Assembly: GCA_039799965.1 (NCBI GenBank)
Contig: JBDLRS010000015.1
Location: 7,497 to 71,496, forward strand
Length of the DNA stretch: 64,000 nt
Reading direction: 5' to 3'
From: Pseudomonadota bacterium
GTDB lineage: Bacteria; Bdellovibrionota_C; UBA2361; OMII01
A program made the translations under genes and the position numbers. Below are positions 49,260-59,383 of the stretch, in pieces (the first letter of the stretch is position 1; the number at the start of each line of letters is the position of its first letter). The notes below the pieces were generated by a model. That model was given only the letters and a program-made list of their open reading frames with translations. It made no database searches and was not told where the DNA came from.

Positions 49260-50072
49260 ATGGCGTTAACTCGGCTCGATTGCCATCTCTACCGAGGAGA
49301 TAAGGCGGCTCACGATGTCTCGTCGTTTGTCGCCTTCAATCCGGAGATGACGCCCTCTCGGATGATCTTTGCGGGCTCGTCAGCGGCTCGCGATAGTCTT
49401 GGCAGTCAGGTAGCGTATCGGCTCGCAATCGATTATTTCCTCAAGGGTGTTGAGGATTCATATGTCGCTCAAGCCGGGAAGCCTCCCCAAACGAGGGGCG
49501 AGGACTCGGTAGTGAAGGTGCTGGAAGACGGGTTTCGTAGCGCAAACTCCTCAGTGTACTCGTTCGGGCATAAGCTTTCCGCCGGTGGGCGGATGGCGGC
49601 GTCTCTTCTTGGGGTCGCAATTCAGGATGGACGGATCGCTACGGGGCGGGTGGGGTTCGGTAGTGTCTATCTATTTCGGAAGAATCAACTCTATCCATTC
49701 TTTGAAGCTCCCGAAGGGGAGGTTGATAAGGTGGGGGACGCGCAAGAGTTTCCCGACATGTTCGCTACGCGTAAGTATTCCTTCGTTGGAACAAATTCCC
49801 TCGTCGATGTCGAGATGGCTTCTGTCGAGTTGCAGGGTGATGACATCGTCTGCGCGTTCTCTCGACCCTTAACGAGCCTGAACGAGGCCCTCCTCTTTGA
49901 ATCCCTTGAGTCTCTGATCGCTGATGGATTTCCCCTCGTGGTTCACGACGATGTCGCGGCTCGATTGTGCCACGATGTGTTTACAGAGCCAGAGAGCTTA
50001 TCGTACGCGCTCGTCGCGTCGGTAGGGCCGGATGTGGTGTATTGCTCCCGACCGGCCGCGTCCGGTTTCTGA
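49260..50072 (+). CDS. Hypothetical protein with a degenerate PP2C-phosphatase-like pattern (possible pseudo-phosphatase).
   Basis: FAGSSAARDSLGSQVAYRLA and VGFGSVYLFRKNQL occupy positions analogous to the PP2C motifs DGMGGH.AGE.AS and GDSR.Y. The metal-binding Asp residues are not conserved. Confidence 0.3.
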   Translation: MALTRLDCHLYRGDKAAHDVSSFVAFNPEMTPSRMIFAGSSAARDSLGSQVAYRLAIDYFLKGVEDSYVAQAGKPPQTRGEDSVVKVLEDGFRSANSSVYSFGHKLSAGGRMAASLLGVAIQDGRIATGRVGFGSVYLFRKNQLYPFFEAPEGEVDKVGDAQEFPDMFATRKYSFVGTNSLVDVEMASVELQGDDIVCAFSRPLTSLNEALLFESLESLIADGFPLVVHDDVAARLCHDVFTEPESLSYALVASVGPDVVYCSRPAASGF

Positions 50073-50246
50073 AGTGAATTAGCCGGAGAGGTCACCTATC
50101 ATCCTCTGTGCTCGATGTTGAAGATGGAAGCCGGCGTGTTGGTGTGCTTAACGAGATCGTATTTTCTGGGGTTTATCAACGATGACTCGCACGGTGCGGG
50201 TTAACGATAGTGGGAAGGTCGTGAATGTCACGGCTTTTGTGATGAT

Positions 50247-52265
50247 ATGGAATCAACGAAGAATTTGCTTGGAGCAGAGACCAGCCCGTACTTGCGGCAA
50301 CACAAAGATAACCCTGTATGGTGGCAGCCATGGGGGGACGCGGCGTTTGAGAGGGCTCGTGCCGAGGACAAGCCCGCATTCCTCTCGATCGGATATTCCA
50401 CGTGCTACTGGTGTCACGTCATGGAGCACGACTCCTTCGAAAACGAAGAGGTCGCTCGACTCCTGAATGAAAACTTCGTCAGCATCAAGGTCGACCGTGA
50501 GGAATTACCCGACGTTGATCAGATCTACATGGATGTGGTGATCGGCATTCATGGGCACGGCGGATGGCCGATGTCCGTGTTCCTAACGCCGGATCGCCAA
50601 CCGTTCTGGGGTGGCACGTTCTTCTACCGCGCGAATTTCATGGGCATCCTTCAGGCGATGTCCGACGCATGGAAGAATGACCGTGCCAAGGTCACGACAT
50701 CGAGCGTGGAGCTGACCCGATTTCTTGAGTCCCGAAAACCAAAGCTCGCTGAGGCGCCGATTGATCTGAACGTTCTTGGTCTCGCGATGCACCAACTCTT
50801 TAAACGCTACGATCGTGAGTTTGGCGGATTTGGGCAGGCTCCTAAATTTCCGCCGACCCAATCGCTGGCATTTCTTCTCAGAGCGCACGCCGTTCGTCCG
50901 AACGCGGCCGCGCTTGAAGCGGTCACAACGACCCTCTCAGGAATGGCACGGGGCGGTTTCTACGATCAGCTTGGGGGAGGTTTTCATCGCTACTCGGTCG
51001 ACGGTGAGTGGAAGATCCCGCACTTCGAAAAGATGCTGTACGATAACGGGCTTCTGGCGCCGCTCTATCTCGACGCCTACCGGGTGACGGGGGAGCCGCT
51101 GTACTGCATGGTCGCGGAGCGCACCCTGGAGTACATCGTCCGTGATATGACGGCGCCGGAGGGCGGATTCTTCGCCGCGGAGGACGCTGGGGAGGTAAAC
51201 CGCGAGGGAGAATACTATTCATGGACGCAAGAGGAGGTTCGAGCAGCTCTTCCACCGGCGATGGCCGAGCGGTTCTGCGCGCTCTACTCGGTTACCCTTG
51301 AGGGGAACTTTGAGCACGGTCGCTCGGCGCTGGTGGTTCCATCGAATGAAGCGTGGCGAGAGAGTGAATCTCAAGAGATTCGGGACGCTCGGCGACTGTT
51401 GCTTGAGGCTCGCGCGAAGCGTCCTCGACCACATCGTGATGAAAAGATTTTGACGGGATGGAACGGGCTCGCGATAACGGCGCTGTGTCGTGGCTATCAG
51501 GTGCTTGGACGACAGGAGTTTCTTGATTCCGCGCTGAGGGCGGCCACATTCATAGAGCGTGCGCTGGTTATTGATGGGCGCCTCCAGCGGCGATACTGCG
51601 GCGGGCAGGCTGGGATACCTGCTCTTCTTGAGGATTATGCATATCTCATTGAGGCGTATCGAGCGCTCTTCGAGTCTACGGGTGACGCCGCGTGGATAGA
51701 GCGAGCAGCCGCCCTTCAGCGTGAGCAGGACAGGTATCTCTGGAGTGGAGAGCGGCGGGCGTATGTGAGCTCGGCTGCCCCCGGCCTTATCGTTCACATG
51801 ACCGAGTGGGTGGATGGCGCCGCCCCTTCGCCGAACGGAATCTCCCTCTCGAACCTCCTTGTTCTCGCGGAGGTTACCGGCGATCCATCCTTCGCCTATC
51901 GCGCGCAACTCCTTGAGCAGGGGATGCCGCAGGAGGCCTCCTCACTTCCAATGGTCTATATGTCAACCCTCAACGGTGTCATGGTGCGTATGGCAGGCGC
52001 CGCGACCTGTTCTGTGCTCTCCCCGACACGTGGGGAGAGTCCGCCCGCTGAGGTTAGGGAGCTTTGGACGCGGTTCCTTCCCTTTACCACGGTGGTATGG
52101 GGAAGAAATGGCGCCAAGAATGCGAAAATACTTGAAAGTCGGGGTTCTCTCGGGGATAAAGCTACGATGTACGTGTGTCGACATTCGGCATGTCAGGAAC
52201 CCACCGTTGATGTGGAGCGGGCAGTGCGATTATGCTCTACCACGGCTATCACCTTCGGTGAGTAG
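50247..52265 (+). CDS. Thioredoxin-domain protein of the DUF255 / YyaL family (N-terminal thioredoxin fold plus a six-hairpin glycosidase-like domain).
   Basis: The N-terminal WQPWGDAAFERARAEDKPAFLSIGYSTCYWCHVME is the DUF255 hallmark. 672 aa. Confidence 0.75.
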   Translation: MESTKNLLGAETSPYLRQHKDNPVWWQPWGDAAFERARAEDKPAFLSIGYSTCYWCHVMEHDSFENEEVARLLNENFVSIKVDREELPDVDQIYMDVVIGIHGHGGWPMSVFLTPDRQPFWGGTFFYRANFMGILQAMSDAWKNDRAKVTTSSVELTRFLESRKPKLAEAPIDLNVLGLAMHQLFKRYDREFGGFGQAPKFPPTQSLAFLLRAHAVRPNAAALEAVTTTLSGMARGGFYDQLGGGFHRYSVDGEWKIPHFEKMLYDNGLLAPLYLDAYRVTGEPLYCMVAERTLEYIVRDMTAPEGGFFAAEDAGEVNREGEYYSWTQEEVRAALPPAMAERFCALYSVTLEGNFEHGRSALVVPSNEAWRESESQEIRDARRLLLEARAKRPRPHRDEKILTGWNGLAITALCRGYQVLGRQEFLDSALRAATFIERALVIDGRLQRRYCGGQAGIPALLEDYAYLIEAYRALFESTGDAAWIERAAALQREQDRYLWSGERRAYVSSAAPGLIVHMTEWVDGAAPSPNGISLSNLLVLAEVTGDPSFAYRAQLLEQGMPQEASSLPMVYMSTLNGVMVRMAGAATCSVLSPTRGESPPAEVRELWTRFLPFTTVVWGRNGAKNAKILESRGSLGDKATMYVCRHSACQEPTVDVERAVRLCSTTAITFGE

Positions 52266-52296
52266 TCAACGAAGATTCTAATCCTCGCGTCAACCT

Positions 52297-53121
52297 ATGA
52301 AGCAATACCTCGACCTGATCAGAGACGTCCTTGAAAACGGAAAACCGGAAGCTGGTGAAGAAAAGAACGGGGCGATCGTTCGGCCTGATCGTACCGGCGT
52401 TGGCACCTACTCGGTGTTCGGACGGCAAATGAGGTTCAATCTTGAGCAGGGGTTTCCTCTTGTTACGACAAAGAAGGTTCACCTCAAATCGATCATCTAT
52501 GAACTCCTCTGGTTCCTGAACGGAGAGACAAATATTAAGTATCTCAAGGACCACAACGTCACGATCTGGGACGAGTGGGCTGACGCCAACGGCGATCTCG
52601 GCCCGGTGTACGGAAAACAGTGGCGTTCATGGGAAGGTCCCCGCGGTAAGGTAGATCAGATTAAACGGGCGGTTGAGACTATCAAAGCCAATCCATCAAG
52701 TCGGCGCATCGTGGTGATCTCATTCAATCCGGCGGATCTCCCCGAGGTTGCGCCCCCCGCCTGTCACACCCTCTTCCAGTTTTATGTTGCTAGTGACAAG
52801 TTGAGCTTGCAGCTCTACCAACGCTCAGCGGATCTGATGCTCGGAGTTCCGTTCAACATCGCCAGCTACGCGCTCCTCCTGATGATGGTGGCCCAGGTCA
52901 CAGGACTGCGGCCGTATGAGTTCGTGCACACCTTCGGTGATTGTCACATCTACTCAAATCACGTTGAAGGGGCGCTGCTTCAACTTGAACGTGAGCCACG
53001 ACCACTTCCGACCATGAGGCTCAATCCTAACGTAACGGATCTCTTTTCGTTCACGTATGAGGACTTCCAGCTTGAGGGATACGAGCCCCACGAGCGCATC
53101 AAATTCGATATCGCAGTGTAG
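52297..53121 (+). CDS. thyA: Thymidylate synthase.
   Basis: Canonical ThyA, including the active-site region PPCH.LFQFYV. Confidence 0.95.
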   Translation: MKQYLDLIRDVLENGKPEAGEEKNGAIVRPDRTGVGTYSVFGRQMRFNLEQGFPLVTTKKVHLKSIIYELLWFLNGETNIKYLKDHNVTIWDEWADANGDLGPVYGKQWRSWEGPRGKVDQIKRAVETIKANPSSRRIVVISFNPADLPEVAPPACHTLFQFYVASDKLSLQLYQRSADLMLGVPFNIASYALLLMMVAQVTGLRPYEFVHTFGDCHIYSNHVEGALLQLEREPRPLPTMRLNPNVTDLFSFTYEDFQLEGYEPHERIKFDIAV

Positions 53122-53127
53122 GTTGGG

Positions 53128-53634
53128 ATGTCGAAGCCGCTTATTGCAGCAATCGTCGCCATGAATGAGGGACGTGTCATCGGCAAAGATGGCGGGCTCC
53201 CGTGGCACCTCCCGGAGGATCTCGCACACTTCAAGGCGAAGACCCTTGGTCACTTCGTGCTTATGGGTCGCAAGACGTGGGATTCTCTACCTTCCAAATT
53301 TCGCCCACTTCCAGGGCGAACCAACATCGTGATGTCTCGCACGCCCGCTGCCCTCAATCTCGCGGAGGGGACGCACGGTGTGAGCTCTCTTGAGGAGGCG
53401 CTTGAGATAGTGAAACGTGTCGGCTCGCCAGAGCAGATCCTGTGGTGTATCGGAGGCGCTGAGCTCTACGCATCGGCGTTGCCACTGTGCGACGAACTTC
53501 ACCTCACGCTTGTGCAGGGTCACCATGAGGGGGACGCGCGGTTTCCCCGTTTTGAGGATCGGTTTGAAGAGGTCTCCTCTCAAGCGGGAGAGCGGTGTGT
53601 GTTCAAGGTGTATCGCGCCGTTCATGCGCGATAG
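53128..53634 (+). CDS. folA: Dihydrofolate reductase.
   Basis: IAAIVAMNEGRVIGKDGGLPWHLPEDL is the DHFR N-terminus. thyA-folA adjacency. Confidence 0.9.
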   Translation: MSKPLIAAIVAMNEGRVIGKDGGLPWHLPEDLAHFKAKTLGHFVLMGRKTWDSLPSKFRPLPGRTNIVMSRTPAALNLAEGTHGVSSLEEALEIVKRVGSPEQILWCIGGAELYASALPLCDELHLTLVQGHHEGDARFPRFEDRFEEVSSQAGERCVFKVYRAVHAR

Positions 53635-54177
53635 CAAGGTGTTGCAAGCCATCCGCTACACTTTTCACCATCGGTCCGTTGTCGGGCCTGGTAATCACGT
53701 TACGCTGTGATGTTGAGCAATCGCACCTGTGCGTGAAGTCCATCGGCGGTGATTACGGGGCGATCTTTGCCCTCGTCGTCCCTTTTAGCGCGCTCAGGTG
53801 AATCATTGTGTTGGAACCCATGCTGTTCGCTTGAGAGGTTGGCGGTGCTGGTAATCCGACGAGTTGCGGCGTAGCGCGATATCTCTCGTATCGCTGAGGT
53901 CAACGAGTGTTGAATCCGGTTAATCTTCATGATGCCCTCCGTGGCAGTCCGGGAAGTTTCCCAAAGAGAGATATCGGCGGTCTCTCAACACCCCTTAAGT
54001 GGAAGAAATGAGGGAAGGGGGGGGCGTTAATTGGTAGGAAAGGTTCGTAAGTGCTTATGAAACCGACGATTTAGCCCCTGGTCGTCAAGTCGCAACAATT
54101 TCTGGTCGAACTTTTTGATACGCCTGAGGAAATAAAACCGAAGGCCTGCGAGTACTTTGCAGCATCGTAAGGGGTAT

Positions 54178-54534
54178 ATGAAGAGGGAAGGCAAAAACAC
54201 AGCGATTTACGTCGGTTTTGATGACTATGAGCAGCCCGAGTTGGCGACTCCGGAAAAGAACCTTCTGAGAGCAATCTTGCTCAACGCTATCGCGGACGTG
54301 AATAGACCGGGGGAGTTCTCGCGACGCGCGAAGGACTACCTCTTGAGTAAAGAGGATGACTACATCTTCTCTTTTCAATCTGTGTGTTCCTTTCTGAACA
54401 TCAACCCTCATCACATCCTCGTACTCACCGGACTTGAGCACTCCGATCGGTACACGGTAAAAAAGCCGCTCAAAGAGGCTTCGCCGAGCGCAGGGGGAAA
54501 CGGCGAGATCGCTCCTTCACGAGATCGACTCTGA
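54178..54534 (+). CDS. Hypothetical protein.
   Basis: ORF with an AAGGGG RBS before the internal ATG 54178 (the track start is 54157). No motifs recognised. Confidence 0.3.
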   Translation: MKREGKNTAIYVGFDDYEQPELATPEKNLLRAILLNAIADVNRPGEFSRRAKDYLLSKEDDYIFSFQSVCSFLNINPHHILVLTGLEHSDRYTVKKPLKEASPSAGGNGEIAPSRDRL

Positions 54535-54575
54535 TGTAGTTGCTATCTCGCTCCGAATTCCGCTAGGCTCCGCCC

Positions 54576-55229
54576 ATGCGCGAGCAATCGGATACTATCC
54601 AAGAGGAGTTCGTTGGCCTCACCTTCATACATCGGCTGTGCGGCGATCCAACCGCTCCGTTGATCGTGTTAGTGCATGGTCGCGCAGGATCCGCGCAGGT
54701 TATGTGGGCGTTTGATCGAACACTTCCAGAACACGCTCATGTTGTCTCGTTTCAGGCCTTTCTCCCTGATGTTCTTGGTGGGTTTAGCTGGTGGGATATG
54801 GCCTGTGATAAGCCCCTTGAGCCCGCTATTATGCTCGCTCGCGATCGGCTGCACTTCGCGCTTGAGCGATATGTCGAACTCTTTTCCCTTCACCCGAGCA
54901 AGGTCGTCGCCGCTGGTTTCTCCCAGGGCTCTGTGTTGCTCTCGGCGGCGGTACTGACCGGAGTCATTCGCCTCGATGGCCTCGCTATCTTAGCTGGTTT
55001 TGTGTCCGAGTTTGGCGGGTCGGATTTTGTTCAGGGAACTCCTGACGTGTTTATTGCGCATGGAACCGCTGACGAGGTCTTATCCGTTGAGAGGGCCCGA
55101 GCAGCCGTTGAGCGTTTACGCTCGTACGGATTACCTGTTACCTACATCGAGGAGGACGGAGTTGGGCATAAACTCGGCATCCAAGGTATGCGGGGCCTGA
55201 AGGAGTGGATGGCCCGGGTCGTATGGTAG
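54576..55229 (+). CDS. Alpha/beta-hydrolase phospholipase/carboxylesterase family protein.
   Basis: The nucleophile elbow GFSQGS and a C-terminal HG..D..V pattern are typical of the esterase and phospholipase family. About 217 aa. Confidence 0.7.
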   Translation: MREQSDTIQEEFVGLTFIHRLCGDPTAPLIVLVHGRAGSAQVMWAFDRTLPEHAHVVSFQAFLPDVLGGFSWWDMACDKPLEPAIMLARDRLHFALERYVELFSLHPSKVVAAGFSQGSVLLSAAVLTGVIRLDGLAILAGFVSEFGGSDFVQGTPDVFIAHGTADEVLSVERARAAVERLRSYGLPVTYIEEDGVGHKLGIQGMRGLKEWMARVVW

Positions 55230-55364
55230 CTCATGGATCGAGGGGCCTCGAAGCGCCACGTGGTCCAAGAAATATCAGACGGTTATCTCTTTTGACGGGT
55301 GGGGTCGGAAGCGTTCCCACCGGGGACCTCATCCTAACCAGGCGAGTCTCTCCATCGTACGGCT

Positions 55365-56273
55365 ATGGGCATATCAACACTTACCAGCGTCATCACGGGT
55401 GATTTCATCACGAACATCGGTTCGGGATCGGCGAGCTCTAAGCCGAAGATCGGATTACGTAAGGAGCCCGATGAGCCGCTCTCAGTTACCCTCCAGCGAG
55501 GAGCACGGGGAGCTGCTGCCGCTATTCAGTCTTTGAACTCCGGTATTTCATTCATCAACACCGCCTCCGAGTACACCGAAAATATGCTCAAAGTGGTTAA
55601 CGGACTTGATGCGCTGGTTCAGAAAGCGGGAAAGGGAAATATCCCGCCGAGCAAAGCAAAGGTTTACAAGCGTCAATTCGACGAGCTTTCACAAGCATAT
55701 GAGGAGCTCGTCGTTGGCTCCGTTATCAAGGGGAGAGATCTCCTTTCTACCGAACAGATGGCCGAGGTGTTGAAGAAGGGTGGTCTCGATCCCGCCAGAG
55801 TTGATGAGCTTGAGGCGGCCTTCAAACAGGTATCATCGTTTTCCGGGGTTGATATTTTGTCGACCGGAGAAACGAAGTCGAGTGGCGAACTCTTCCCCGC
55901 GCAAGACTTTTATCGGGCCCTTCGACAGGCCACCCGCGATCCAGAGGATCCCGCTCAAAACGATGACGGATCGGCCGCATTCACAAAGATTCGAATAGCT
56001 GTAAAGGAGATTAAAAAGAAGGTTATTAAGAACATCGAATCACTCAACAGCGCCGCCGATCTGGTCCAAAGTAACATTGAATTAGTTCGAGCGACCGGAT
56101 TCGCGTTTCTTAACGCGTCGAAGTCGGTCTCCGGCGACAAGGACGCCGATGTGCTCGCCATGGAGATCAGGGGGGCGATCCGGTCCGCGGCGTTAGGAAA
56201 CCTCTCCGAGGCCCATAACCTCAACTCCATTCTCGCGGCGGGGCTCCTGGCGGTGTCTACGCAGGACGATTAG
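55365..56273 (+). CDS. Flagellin / FlgL-superfamily-like protein (divergent; N- and C-terminal flagellin-type helical motifs).
   Basis: The N-terminal IQSLNSGISFINTASE...LNGLDALVQKAGKGN resembles the flagellin_N LsSGlRIN.A.DDaAG...LqR.REL.VQA.NGT. The C-terminal DKDADVLAMEIRGAIRSAAL resembles the flagellin_C DADmAkEm. No other flagellar genes nearby. Confidence 0.4.
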   Translation: MGISTLTSVITGDFITNIGSGSASSKPKIGLRKEPDEPLSVTLQRGARGAAAAIQSLNSGISFINTASEYTENMLKVVNGLDALVQKAGKGNIPPSKAKVYKRQFDELSQAYEELVVGSVIKGRDLLSTEQMAEVLKKGGLDPARVDELEAAFKQVSSFSGVDILSTGETKSSGELFPAQDFYRALRQATRDPEDPAQNDDGSAAFTKIRIAVKEIKKKVIKNIESLNSAADLVQSNIELVRATGFAFLNASKSVSGDKDADVLAMEIRGAIRSAALGNLSEAHNLNSILAAGLLAVSTQDD

Positions 56274-56278
56274 CGGGT

Positions 56279-56358
56279 ACGTTCACGTTTACGTGCACGA
56301 GCACGTTCACGACGGGATAACACCGAACCCTACCCACTCGATTTCACGAAGACCAATA
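56279..56358. repeat. Conserved short element, copy 2 of the 3265..3325 repeat. It carries a 21-nt insertion.
   Basis: CACGAGCACGTTCACGACGGGATAAC ... CTCGATTTCACGAAGACCAAT matches copy 1. It lies just 3' of the flagellin-like gene. Confidence 0.45.
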
Positions 56359-56528
56359 GATTTAGGTGGTTAGAGTCCTCAAGTTTAGCGCTCCTCTCTC
56401 CGACCTCTCTCTGTAGGGAACGACCTTTACTCCAACCAAAAGCTGAATTCAGGCGCTCCTGGGCACTTTGAGGACGTCGTAGCTTCTGCTAGGATCTCCT
56501 CCGCAATCGGTTACTATTTTGATACGTT

Positions 56529-59291
56529 ATGAACGGTGAAAGTTTTGTCAGATTCGGGGAAAACGCGGGCTACCTTGCCGAGCTTTACCAGCTCTACCTC
56601 ACGGACCCATCCCTCGTTGATCCCGTATGGGCCGATTTCTTCGGATCGCTCGACCACAACGGGCTCGGTAATGGATATACGAATGGGCGCACCAATGGAC
56701 ACGCCGCAGTGGCGGATGGACACGCCGCAGTGGCGGAGGGGGGGCGTATCGCCACCTCAAGCAATTCCGTTGGAGAGAAGCTCGTGGAGGCCTTCCGAGC
56801 GTACGGGCACACCGCCGCTGATCTGAGCCCGCTCGGTGCGGGGGGGCTGAAGCCGGAGAACGCCCCCGAGCTCCAGCTCTCGTATCATGGGGAGACTCGA
56901 GACGCCTCGCAGGTATCCCTCTCCAGTTTCTCCTTCGGGGATCGCTCCTATTCATCGTGCTCTCACCTCATGCAGGCTCTGAAAGAGACCTACTGCGGAA
57001 CTATCGGCTACGAATTCTCGCATCTTACCAAGTTCGAGGAGCGTCGTTGGTTGCAAGCTCGCATTGAAGGGAAAGCTCCATCATTTTCGGCGCAGGAGAA
57101 GAAGCAGGTTCTTCGAGATCTCATTCGCGCGGAGATGTTCGAGTCAGAGCTTCACCGAAAGTATGTAGGAACGAAGCGATTCTCCCTTGAGGGTAACGAT
57201 ACCCTCATTCCGATGCTCTCGGTTCTCGCTACCTCCGCGGCGCGGATTGGGGTAAAGGGTATCGTGTGTGGTATGGCGCACCGTGGTCGCTTGAACGTCC
57301 TCGCCAACTCGATCGGTAAGCCACTTTCGATGATCTTCGCCGAGTTCGAGGATAAAACCGTAGCGACCATCGCGGGCGCTGGCGATGTGAAGTACCACCT
57401 CGGATGGGAAGCAAATCGGGCTCCAAACGGCGCTCAGATTGAGCTCTCGATCGTGCCAAATCCATCTCACCTTGAGTTCGTTAATCCCGTTGTTGAGGGA
57501 GTTGTGCGCGCTCTTCAAGACAAGAACGACCGAAATAATCGGGGCGCGTACCTGCCGCTTGCGATGCACGGGGACGCGGCTTTCGCCGGCCAAGGTATCG
57601 TGTTCGAGACGATTAACTATTCCGGCATCGGTGGGTACTACACGGGTGGAACGTTCCACATCGTGATCAATAACCAGATCGGATTCACCACGACTCCGGA
57701 TGAGTCTCGCTCCACTCGATACTGCACCGATTTGGCGAAGGGGATCGATTGCCCTGTATTCCATGTTAACGCGGAAGATCCTGAGGCGGCGTGCTGGTTA
57801 ACTCAACTGGCGTTAGAGTACCGTATGGCGTTCGGGAAGGATGTCATCATTGATCTGATCGGTCATCGCAAGCACGGTCACAATGAGGGAGATGACCCAA
57901 GTTTCACGCAGCCGACCACCTACGCGGAGGTAAAGGGTAAGAAGCTTATCTGGCAGCACTACGCAGAGCGTCTGATCGCGGCGGGTGTTGTTTCTCAGTC
58001 TGACGTTGACGGCGAGGTCGAGGCGTACAAGAGCGAGTTCGCGGCCGCGTCAGAGGGGGTCGCCAGCTCGATTGGCGCGGAAGCGTGCTGTATTCACGGT
58101 CGCCTTGAGGTTCCCGTTCAAGATACCGGTGTCAAGAAGGAGAGCCTTCTCACGGTCGCGCGAGCGCTGACGCAATGGCCGGAAGGTTTTAAGCCTCATC
58201 CGAAGCTACAAAAGATTATCGAGAAGCGTGTAGAAACCGTTGAGGCGGGAGAGGGGATCGAATGGGGCGTCGCGGAAGCGCTCGCCTTCGGATCGCTTGT
58301 GCTTGAAGGTCACTCCGTTCGTTTGAGCGGACAGGACTGTTGCCGCGGAACGTTCAGTCATCGGCACCTCGTCCTTGATGACAACGAGGCTCGCGGCACC
58401 TTCAGTCCACTCGTCGATCTTGTTAAACGTGAAGGGGCTCACGGCGTATTTGAAGTGTATAACAGCTCGCTCTCTGAGGCATCAGTTCTCGGTTTTGAGT
58501 TCGGGTATTCGGCGACTAATCGCGACTCCCTGGTGATGTGGGAGGCGCAGTTTGGCGATTTCGCCAACGGCGCTCAGGTCATTATCGATCAGTTCATCTC
58601 GAGCTCTGAATCGAAGTGGGGACAACGTTCAGGTGTGGTCATGATGCTTCCTCACGGCTACGAGGGACAGGGGCCAGAGCACTCCAGTGCCCGCTTAGAG
58701 CGATACCTTCAGATGTGCGCAGAGGGGAATATGCGAGTGTGCTACCCGTCGACAGCGGCGCAGCACTTCCACCTCTTGCGACGACACGGTCTCTCGGAGA
58801 TCAAGCGTCCACTTATCATTATGACTCCGAAAAGCCTTCTTCGGTTGCAAGCGGCGATGAGTTCGCTCAAGGAGATGATCAACGGAACGTTCAAGCCTGT
58901 GCTGGAGACCGATCTCTCTGGTAAAAAATCCTGCAAGAATCTTGTGTTTATGACGGGCAAGGTGGCACACGATCTTGAGTCCGCCCTTCAGGGTGCTGAT
59001 AAAGTTTCGGCCCGATTAATTCGTGTTGAGGAGCTCTATCCATTCCCGCAAGCTGAGGTCGCTCGGATCCTCAAGGAGACCGGCGCTAAGAACGCGTTCT
59101 GGGTACAGGAGGAGCCTCAAAATATGGGCGCATGGAGCTACATCGCGCCGCTCTTGCGAGAGACGCTCGCATTCGATCCGGTGTATATCGGGCGACCAGC
59201 GTCCGCCGCGACCGCAACCGGCTCCTCGAAGCACCACGCTATCGAGCAGAAGGCGATCCTCTCCGAACTCCGTGCTCGACTGACCAAGTAA
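56529..59291 (+). CDS. sucA: 2-oxoglutarate dehydrogenase E1 component.
   Basis: 920-aa ThDP-dependent E1 with a conserved N-terminus (YLAELYQLYLTDP) and a transketolase-like C-terminus. It contains an in-frame 21-bp tandem duplication at 56705..56746. Confidence 0.9.
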   Translation: MNGESFVRFGENAGYLAELYQLYLTDPSLVDPVWADFFGSLDHNGLGNGYTNGRTNGHAAVADGHAAVAEGGRIATSSNSVGEKLVEAFRAYGHTAADLSPLGAGGLKPENAPELQLSYHGETRDASQVSLSSFSFGDRSYSSCSHLMQALKETYCGTIGYEFSHLTKFEERRWLQARIEGKAPSFSAQEKKQVLRDLIRAEMFESELHRKYVGTKRFSLEGNDTLIPMLSVLATSAARIGVKGIVCGMAHRGRLNVLANSIGKPLSMIFAEFEDKTVATIAGAGDVKYHLGWEANRAPNGAQIELSIVPNPSHLEFVNPVVEGVVRALQDKNDRNNRGAYLPLAMHGDAAFAGQGIVFETINYSGIGGYYTGGTFHIVINNQIGFTTTPDESRSTRYCTDLAKGIDCPVFHVNAEDPEAACWLTQLALEYRMAFGKDVIIDLIGHRKHGHNEGDDPSFTQPTTYAEVKGKKLIWQHYAERLIAAGVVSQSDVDGEVEAYKSEFAAASEGVASSIGAEACCIHGRLEVPVQDTGVKKESLLTVARALTQWPEGFKPHPKLQKIIEKRVETVEAGEGIEWGVAEALAFGSLVLEGHSVRLSGQDCCRGTFSHRHLVLDDNEARGTFSPLVDLVKREGAHGVFEVYNSSLSEASVLGFEFGYSATNRDSLVMWEAQFGDFANGAQVIIDQFISSSESKWGQRSGVVMMLPHGYEGQGPEHSSARLERYLQMCAEGNMRVCYPSTAAQHFHLLRRHGLSEIKRPLIIMTPKSLLRLQAAMSSLKEMINGTFKPVLETDLSGKKSCKNLVFMTGKVAHDLESALQGADKVSARLIRVEELYPFPQAEVARILKETGAKNAFWVQEEPQNMGAWSYIAPLLRETLAFDPVYIGRPASAATATGSSKHHAIEQKAILSELRARLTK

Positions 59292-59383
59292 GATTGTCGG
59301 GCCTCTCTGATATGCCCGACAGCGAGGGAGCGCGTGGATGTTTCCACGTGTTCCCTCTTTGTTTTTGGTGTACGCTCAGGCTC

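Noticed and set aside
51219-51908. 229-aa minus-strand ORF inside the DUF255 gene.
   Set aside because: Antisense to a conserved gene. Arg/Pro-rich artefactual composition.
53700-53930. 76-aa minus-strand ORF with a GGAGGG RBS in the folA-downstream spacer.
   Set aside because: Its RBS spacing is plausible but it has no motifs or conservation evidence, so I did not call it. It could be checked by Ribo-seq.
59132-59383. N-terminal extension of the ExoI-like ORF overlapping the sucA 3' end.
   Set aside because: The upstream in-frame region overlaps sucA. The conserved DnaQ Exo I motif begins right after the internal ATG at 59384.
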